Assembly: GCA_964457785.1 (NCBI GenBank)
Contig: CAYWEX010000001.1
Location: 1 to 52,476 of the forward strand
DNA length: 52,476 bases
Source: Candidatus Woesearchaeota archaeon
Lineage (GTDB): Archaea > Nanobdellota > Nanobdellia > SCGC-AAA011-G17 > JACPIM01
Direction of reading: 5' to 3'
A program made the position numbers and the translations under genes. Each line of letters starts with the position of its first letter. Positions within the stretch are counted from its first letter, which is position 1. Positions 46,683 through 52,476 of this stretch are shown piece after piece. The notes under the pieces are model-generated. The model was not told the DNA's origin. It was given only the letters and a program-made list of their open reading frames with translations, and did no database searches.

Positions 46683-47063
46683 ATGGAATTAAAACATCTT
46701 ACTGCCAAAGGAAACGGAGAATCAGACTATGATTATATAAATGATATACTCTTTTTTAAAATTAAAGACAGAGAATATCATAAATCAATAGAATTTGAAG
46801 ATATTATTCTAGACATAGATAAAGAAGGTTTTATTACAGGAATTCAGATTTTTGATGCTTCTAGCATATTTAAATTAAGCAAGGAAGCTGTCAAAGAAAT
46901 AAAGAAATGGTTTTTTGAAATTAAAGTTGAAAACAATATAATAAATATACAGCTTATGTTTAAAACAATGATCAGAAATAAAATAATTGAGAGAGGACAA
47001 AATATAGTCAGAAAATCCCCCTCATTATTAAAAGATTCAGAAATATCTGCAGAAATTGATTAA
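46683..47063 (+). CDS. DUF2283-like protein (putative antitoxin)
   Basis: DYDYINDILF...IILDIDKEGFITGIQIFDAS. Confidence 0.8.
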   Translation: MELKHLTAKGNGESDYDYINDILFFKIKDREYHKSIEFEDIILDIDKEGFITGIQIFDASSIFKLSKEAVKEIKKWFFEIKVENNIINIQLMFKTMIRNKIIERGQNIVRKSPSLLKDSEISAEID

Positions 47064-47188
47064 TTCAAATTCTGATGTATTTGGATATACTATTTTTGTT
47101 TATTTGTAATTGATGAAATTATTTTTGTATTTTTATCTATGCAAATTTTAGTCATAATTATAGTATGCTCTAAAAATATTTAAAGTAT

Positions 47189-47329
47189 TGCAGGGGCAAG
47201 GATTTGAACCTTGGTAGGCACTGAGCCACTAGGTTTCTTCTATCGAATTAACCTAAGCAAAGCCGATTCCTTAGCATAGCCGATTACTAGGATAATCTCT
47301 AGCCCGTTTGACCGCTCCGGCACCCCTGC
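47189..47329 (-). tRNA. tRNA-Leu, most likely TAG, with two introns (30/31: 47259-47298; 37/38: 47235-47251)
   Basis: GCAGGGG/CCCCTGC acceptor stem, long variable arm, GGTTCAAAT T-loop. Splicing restores CTAGG CTTAGGA CCTAG; junctions are BHB-like. Confidence 0.85.
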
Positions 47330-47439
47330 ATAGAGAAAATAAGAATTTAACAGATTTAAAAGTTTAACCATTTAAACCTTTTTGAAAAAAAGCTTTACCA
47401 AAAACTAATTTAAGAAAAGTTTAATCAAAAACTGTATAA

Positions 47440-47652
47440 TTATTTTTGTCTTTTTGATCTTGTTGCCTTGTTTAATCTTTTGAAAAAGGATTTTTTCTGC
47501 CAAGAATAAGATCTTATTTTTGCTGAATTACCATAACCACAATTGCTACAAATAGACTTTTTCTTATGATAGGAAGATCTGCCGCATCTCCTACATCTAT
47601 AATGCTGCTTGTGCAGTCCTTTTTTTCCTTTAGAAGGAGTTCCTTTTGTCAT
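47440..47652 (-). CDS. rpl37e: 50S ribosomal protein L37e
   Basis: [10 protein letters not shown]...CRRCG...CSNCGYG. Confidence 0.96.
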   Translation of the reverse strand: MTKGTPSKGKKGLHKQHYRCRRCGRSSYHKKKSICSNCGYGNSAKIRSYSWQKKSFFKRLNKATRSKRQK

Positions 47653-47665
47653 TTTAGCTCAACAT

Positions 47666-47890
47666 TTATTCAGGAGTAATTAGAATTATTGTGTCTCCTC
47701 GTAAAAAAGCAGTCCCTATTTTTCTTTTTATTTGTCCATCAACACGTTCTTCAACATCTTCTAGAACAATATTAATATGAATGTCAAAAGCCTTTAACTT
47801 GCCTATTAACTGCTTGCCGTTTTTTAATTCAACCATTATTTTTTTACCACGAGCGTTGTTTAAAGCGTCTAATGGTCTATCTGATTCCAT
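47666..47890 (-). CDS. Sm-like archaeal protein (Lsm/SmAP1)
   Basis: RPLDAL, GKLKAFDIHINIVL and LRGDTI motifs; conserved position upstream of rpl37e. Confidence 0.95.
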   Translation of the reverse strand: MESDRPLDALNNARGKKIMVELKNGKQLIGKLKAFDIHINIVLEDVEERVDGQIKRKIGTAFLRGDTIILITPE

Positions 47891-48033
47891 GTAAATAACC
47901 CCCAAGGATTTTATAATTTTGGTTGAAACATAGTATATAAAGCTTGTGTTTATTGATCTTTTAAGGCTTAAATTAACAAGTTAATAAGTTAGAAAAAGTT
48001 TATAAAGATATTTTTATCTGATCAAATTAAAAA

Positions 48034-48204
48034 ATGTTAAATAGATTAAAAGAAAACCTAATTGAATATAGGAGAGTTTTCACAGTTACTCACAAACCAA
48101 GCATGGAAGAATTTAAAGGTATAATTAAAATATCAAGTATTGGTATTGCAATTATAGGGGTGCTTGGATTTATAGTCCATGTTATTTGGAATTTAGTTAC
48201 ATAA
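48034..48204 (+). CDS. secE: Protein translocase subunit SecE/Sec61-gamma
   Basis: MLNRLKENLIEYRRVFTVTHKPSMEEFKGIIKISSIGIAIIGVLGFIV; directly upstream of spt5. Missed by the ORF track. Confidence 0.93.
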   Translation: MLNRLKENLIEYRRVFTVTHKPSMEEFKGIIKISSIGIAIIGVLGFIVHVIWNLVT

Positions 48205-48205
48205 A

Positions 48206-48658
48206 ATGCCAATATACGCTTTGAGAACAACAGCAAACAGGGAAGACCAAGTTTTGGATTTTGTAGCCAGTAATGTGCAAAAAAAAGGGCTTAATGTTTT
48301 TTGTGTTATCAGACCTCATGGATTAAGAGGATATATATTTATTGAAGGAGAAAACAGAGAAATTGCAGAAGAAAGCTTCCATGGAGTTCCTTATGCACGA
48401 GGATTATTACCAAATGAAATACAATATCCTGAAATTGAAAAAATGTTAGAGCAAGTTAAAACTGTTGTTAATATTCAAAAGAATGATGTTGTTGAAATTA
48501 TCTCAGGACCTTTTGCAAGAGAAAAAGCAAAAGTTACAAGAATTAATCAGCAGAAAGAAGAAGTAGTAGTTGAATTATTAGAAGCTGCTGTTCCGATCCC
48601 TATAACTGTAAAATTAGACTCTGTTAAAGTTATAAGAAGAGACGATAAAGACGAGTGA
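48206..48658 (+). CDS. spt5: Transcription elongation factor Spt5/NusG
   Basis: NGN domain (GYIFIE) and KOW domain (VEIISGPF). Confidence 0.96.
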   Translation: MPIYALRTTANREDQVLDFVASNVQKKGLNVFCVIRPHGLRGYIFIEGENREIAEESFHGVPYARGLLPNEIQYPEIEKMLEQVKTVVNIQKNDVVEIISGPFAREKAKVTRINQQKEEVVVELLEAAVPIPITVKLDSVKVIRRDDKDE

Positions 48659-48755
48659 GCCTTTTTAGAAAAAAGCTTTTACGGAAAAATTAGAACCAAG
48701 GTTCTTATCAAATCCTAAAGAAATAATTTAGTGAAAATAAAAATGAGGAAATTAA

Positions 48756-49529
48756 ATGAGTGATAAAATAGCAATTATTACTGGCGGTTCTAGTGGCATT
48801 GGCAAATGTTTAGCTAAAGAATTATTACGAGATGGCTATAAAGTTCTAATCATAGGAAAAACAAAAGCCAAAGTGTTAAGCGCTTTAGATGAACTTAGAA
48901 AAATATCCAATAACTGTTCTGGTTTTGTCTGCGATATAACTGATGAAAAAAGAGTAAAATATCTTGTAAATGAAATAGCTAAAGAAAATCATAAAATTGA
49001 CTTACTAGTTAATAATGCCGGCTTTTCTTATTATAAAGAATTTGCAGAATTAAGCGAGGAAGAAATTAAAGAAATTGTTAATACTAATTTATTGGGCACT
49101 ATGTATTTCTGCAAATTTGTGATACCCTTTATGGAAAAACAAGGACATGGTCATATAGTGAATGTTGCTTCTGTTGCAGGCAGAATAGGGTTTCCTAAAT
49201 TAAGTGTTTATTGTGCCGCCAAGTTTGGTGTTGTTGGATTTTCTGAGAGCTTATATTATGAAATGAAGAAGAAAAATATTAATGTTACTTTAGTATGTCC
49301 TGGGGCTGTTGACACTGATTTTTACAGAGATGAAAGTTTTAAGAGATTTCCGCATACTGAAAGACATAAGAAAGTAATGAGCCCTGAATATGTTGCCAAG
49401 GAAATAAAGAAAGCAATTGATGAAAAAAGATTTGAGGTAATATTACCTAAATTATTCAAGTTTAAAATAATTTTTAAGGATGTTTTAAAGAGATTTGCTA
49501 TGTGGTATGTTTCCAGACTGCCAAGATAA
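48756..49529 (+). CDS. Short-chain dehydrogenase/reductase
   Basis: TGGSSGIG, NNAG and YCAAK motifs. Confidence 0.95.
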   Translation: MSDKIAIITGGSSGIGKCLAKELLRDGYKVLIIGKTKAKVLSALDELRKISNNCSGFVCDITDEKRVKYLVNEIAKENHKIDLLVNNAGFSYYKEFAELSEEEIKEIVNTNLLGTMYFCKFVIPFMEKQGHGHIVNVASVAGRIGFPKLSVYCAAKFGVVGFSESLYYEMKKKNINVTLVCPGAVDTDFYRDESFKRFPHTERHKKVMSPEYVAKEIKKAIDEKRFEVILPKLFKFKIIFKDVLKRFAMWYVSRLPR

Positions 49530-49578
49530 GGCTATAAAACATAAGTTTTAAATACGACTATTTTGTTAAAAAGCTAAA

Positions 49579-50319
49579 ATGCCTAAAGAAAAAATGGATT
49601 TGATTGTAGAGGGTGGAAAAGCAACAACCACGCCCCAATTAGCCCAGAAATTAGGACCTTTAAAGATAAATATTTCTGAGGTTATCAAGAAGATTAATGA
49701 TAAGACCAGCAATTTTTCAGGCATTAAGGTTCCATTGAAATTAACTATTGATACTGATACTAAAAATGTTGATATTGCTGTTGGAACACCTCCTGTTTCT
49801 GAATTGATCAAGAATGAATTAAAATTAGAAAAAGGATCTGGAGTTCCTAACAAAGATATTAAAGGCAATATTGCTATTGAACAAGTAATTAAAATAGCTG
49901 ATATGAAAAAAGATTCTATGTATATTACAAACTTAAAATCTGCTGTAAAAAATGTGATAGGATCCTGCAATTCTTTAGGCGTTTATGTTGAAAGTGAGCC
50001 TGCTAAATTCTTTATTAAAAAAATAGACCAAGGTAATTTTGACAGTGAAATAAAAGAAATGAAAAAAGAGCCTAGTGATGAAAAATTAATTGTTTTAAAA
50101 AATAAATTAAAAGAAGTTCAAGAAAACTACCAGAGAGAATTAGAGAGACTTAAAGCTGAAGAAGAAAAAGCTAAAGCACTTGCTGAGGCAGCTGCAGCAG
50201 CTGCTGGCACAACTCCTGGAGCTCCTGCTGCTGAAGGCGAAGCTAAAGAGAAGAAGGAAGAAGTAAAAGCAGCTGAACCAAAGAAAGAAGCAGCCAAAGA
50301 AGAACCAAAGAAAAAATAG
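49579..50319 (+). CDS. rpl11: 50S ribosomal protein L11 with a long C-terminal extension
   Basis: VEGGKAT..LGP, VGTPPVSELI and GSCNSLGV motifs; about 85 extra aa (coiled coil plus Ala/Glu/Lys tail). Confidence 0.93.
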   Translation: MPKEKMDLIVEGGKATTTPQLAQKLGPLKINISEVIKKINDKTSNFSGIKVPLKLTIDTDTKNVDIAVGTPPVSELIKNELKLEKGSGVPNKDIKGNIAIEQVIKIADMKKDSMYITNLKSAVKNVIGSCNSLGVYVESEPAKFFIKKIDQGNFDSEIKEMKKEPSDEKLIVLKNKLKEVQENYQRELERLKAEEEKAKALAEAAAAAAGTTPGAPAAEGEAKEKKEEVKAAEPKKEAAKEEPKKK

Positions 50320-50364
50320 GGATTGCATCTTTATCAACCTGCAAAAAATAACCAGAAATAAGGT

Positions 50365-52107
50365 TTACAATCCACGAATATAAGCTGATCTTCTTCTTTT
50401 ATAATAAACTAAAAAAGCTATCATTAAAAACAAAAATAAAGAGGCTTCGCCAAAAAGCACAAGATTTTGAGTGAGTTTTGATTTTTTGGATATTCCTAAT
50501 TTTTTTGGATCTAATAAAACAATATCATTACAGCCATTAATAGCCTGATCAATTAATTTCTGAGCTTCATTAAAATTTTCCTGCCTTAAGAATCCTTCTG
50601 CTTTTGAAATAATTTCATTTAATTGGGAACAAGCTGTATTTTCAGCAAACAAGTCTTTTGCATAGTTTAATCTTGGAATAACCACTGATTTATTAGAGGC
50701 TCCGAATTCTATTGCATTTAAATAAATTGTAGTCGCGTCTTTTATTAAAGGAGAAGCTACTTCTGCATTTATTATTATTTGAATTGCCTGCTTTTCCTGG
50801 TCTAAATTAGTTTCTACTTCTAAATTTATGATTTCCTCTTTATTTTGAGCCAAAGTTGGGAAAAAAACTTTATCAAGAGAAGTTTTAACTTTTGAATCTG
50901 AAGCAGCAACATTTAGTCTAATGCCCTGCAATAATTCTGAACCAGTGTTTTTCAGATTTATTGGAATTATTACTTTGTCCTTGAGGAAGATATCTTTATT
51001 TGTTGGAGCTATTATACCAATTGCAGCATTTTTTCTCGTAATACCGCCGCCTACTTCTTCTATAGTAGCTGGCTCTGAAACATCCTGAACTGATAAAGTT
51101 ACGTTATTTGAGTTTTTTGTTAGATTTGAATCATTTGCCACGAATACAACATACTCAGTTCCAAACCAATCAGCTGGCTGTGAAAAACTTACAACATCTC
51201 CAGCAAAAGAAACTACTATTGCTTTTGTTCCTATTGATTTATATCTTAAAGTATCTCCTTCTATGTCTGAAAAAAAAGAAGATAAATTAAAGGCGCTATT
51301 TAAAGAAAAGTCTTCTGACCATGATTGAGAAGAAATTGTTCCTGTAAAATTAGGAGCTGAATTATTTAAAATAGACTGTGAACTTGAATTATACCAAAGA
51401 CTCCAGTTATCTCCGTCAAAAACTCTTGCTGAAAAAATCCAAGTATTCCCTGTTGTTAAATTCAAATAATTTATTTCTGAGAAATTTTTAAAAGCAGTTA
51501 TTTCTACACTGTTATTATACCACCTTGTTTCGTTTATAGAATTAGCATCATTATCTGGATCAAAATAATTATGCTGGCCTGTCAAGTTACCAGTTGATTT
51601 ATTTGCATAATGGCTGTTAGTCAGATTAATATCAGTAATTACTGGAAGCCTGTTTATAAAAAAAGTTAAATTGCTTGTGTAATTACAATTGCTAGAATTG
51701 TCACAAGCTTCTGCAGCCCACAAATAACGTCCACGACCCTGAGAAATATTAATAGTAATTATTGTAATATTATTTGCCAAAGCAACAGATGCATTTGTGA
51801 AATTTCTCTGATATGTTCCTGTCCAATTACCAAATATTGAAACATTTGAAACATTAGCAATATCATCCCCAACAGTAAGATTAAATGTTAATCTAGTATA
51901 AGAAATATTAGAATTATTGACTGGAGAATTTACTGTTATGTTTGGCCTTACAGTATCTGTCACTGTATATTGGAATATTGAAAAGCCAGTTATTGATGGA
52001 TCAAAATAAAAGAAAGTTAAAGAGAAAAGAAGCACAGCTAATATAAAGTATACGTGGGTGAAAAACTTATGATATTTTTGTATTTTATCTTGCCTCTTTT
52101 TTCTCAT
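50365..52107 (-). CDS. Cell-surface glycoprotein-like protein with Ig-like domains and a C-terminal TM anchor
   Basis: N-terminal TM with ITGF, many NxS/T sequons, beta-sandwich repeats, C-terminal TM followed by KRRR. Confidence 0.8.
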   Translation of the reverse strand: MRKKRQDKIQKYHKFFTHVYFILAVLLFSLTFFYFDPSITGFSIFQYTVTDTVRPNITVNSPVNNSNISYTRLTFNLTVGDDIANVSNVSIFGNWTGTYQRNFTNASVALANNITIITINISQGRGRYLWAAEACDNSSNCNYTSNLTFFINRLPVITDINLTNSHYANKSTGNLTGQHNYFDPDNDANSINETRWYNNSVEITAFKNFSEINYLNLTTGNTWIFSARVFDGDNWSLWYNSSSQSILNNSAPNFTGTISSQSWSEDFSLNSAFNLSSFFSDIEGDTLRYKSIGTKAIVVSFAGDVVSFSQPADWFGTEYVVFVANDSNLTKNSNNVTLSVQDVSEPATIEEVGGGITRKNAAIGIIAPTNKDIFLKDKVIIPINLKNTGSELLQGIRLNVAASDSKVKTSLDKVFFPTLAQNKEEIINLEVETNLDQEKQAIQIIINAEVASPLIKDATTIYLNAIEFGASNKSVVIPRLNYAKDLFAENTACSQLNEIISKAEGFLRQENFNEAQKLIDQAINGCNDIVLLDPKKLGISKKSKLTQNLVLFGEASLFLFLMIAFLVYYKRRRSAYIRGL

Positions 52108-52339
52108 TAGATACACCTTTTTTTACAGTATTTTGATAAACAGTCCAAATGTTTCTTTCGTCTCTATTTAATAAAATAGAAATTTCGTGAAAATTAAATG
52201 ATTTTTCTTCTTTAAGAAATTTTACCAGAGATTCAAAAATTGTTAAATTATTTTGAAAAATTGAAAGTTTTAGATTTAGATTATGATGAAGTTCAAGAAA
52301 CCATTTATCTTTATCTTTTAGGTTTTTAGGTTTTTTCAC
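52085..52339 (-). CDS. Small helix-turn-helix protein
   Basis: FNFHEISILLNRDERNIWTVY (sigma-region-4-like HTH). Confidence 0.7.
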   Translation of the reverse strand: MKKPKNLKDKDKWFLELHHNLNLKLSIFQNNLTIFESLVKFLKEEKSFNFHEISILLNRDERNIWTVYQNTVKKGVSNEKKEAR

Positions 52340-52346
52340 ATCTTTT

Positions 52347-52469
52347 TACATATTTTATATGTATTTAAAGTTACTTAAATTACTTTTATACATATATTGT
52401 ATGTATCTTTTACATATATTTTGTGTTTTTTGTTTCCTTCTATATCTTTTAATACATATAGTTTATGTA
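52347..52469. promoter_or_regulatory. Four copies of a TACATA-N5-TATGTA palindromic operator
   Basis: Copies at 52347-52363, 52389-52405, 52411-52427 (degenerate) and 52453-52469. Confidence 0.7.
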
Positions 52470-52476
52470 TTTAGCA

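Overview
A very AT-rich archaeal chromosomal window, most consistent with a DPANN (Woesearchaeota-like) genome. This rests on archaeal TFB, Alba, Lsm, Spt5, eIF5A, eS8/eS17/eL37/eL40, compact genes and large Cys-rich surface proteins. It contains housekeeping genes, cdc6/orc1, a toxin-antitoxin pair, four tRNA genes (three with introns) and a 15-kb B12/deoxynucleotide/DNA-repair cluster. Five things stand out. (1) There are two class II ribonucleotide reductase genes: one is catalytically complete and intein-containing but has no ATP cone; the other has an ATP cone but lacks both redox cysteines, the catalytic Asn and the C-terminal Cys tail. CobO and an MtrA-like/ThyA/DUF4346-like fusion follow them. 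(2) The initiator tRNA-Met is split by three non-canonical BHB introns, one of them at position 7/8. (3) A tRNA-Leu has a tandemly duplicated anticodon mini-exon (AAG versus TAG), which would allow alternative splicing. (4) A perfect 84-bp inverted repeat with ORB-like boxes brackets a 4.7-kb block containing cdc6. (5) A dispersed ~30-bp palindromic intergenic repeat occurs about nine times. All protein calls come from motif recognition by eye; no database search was run.
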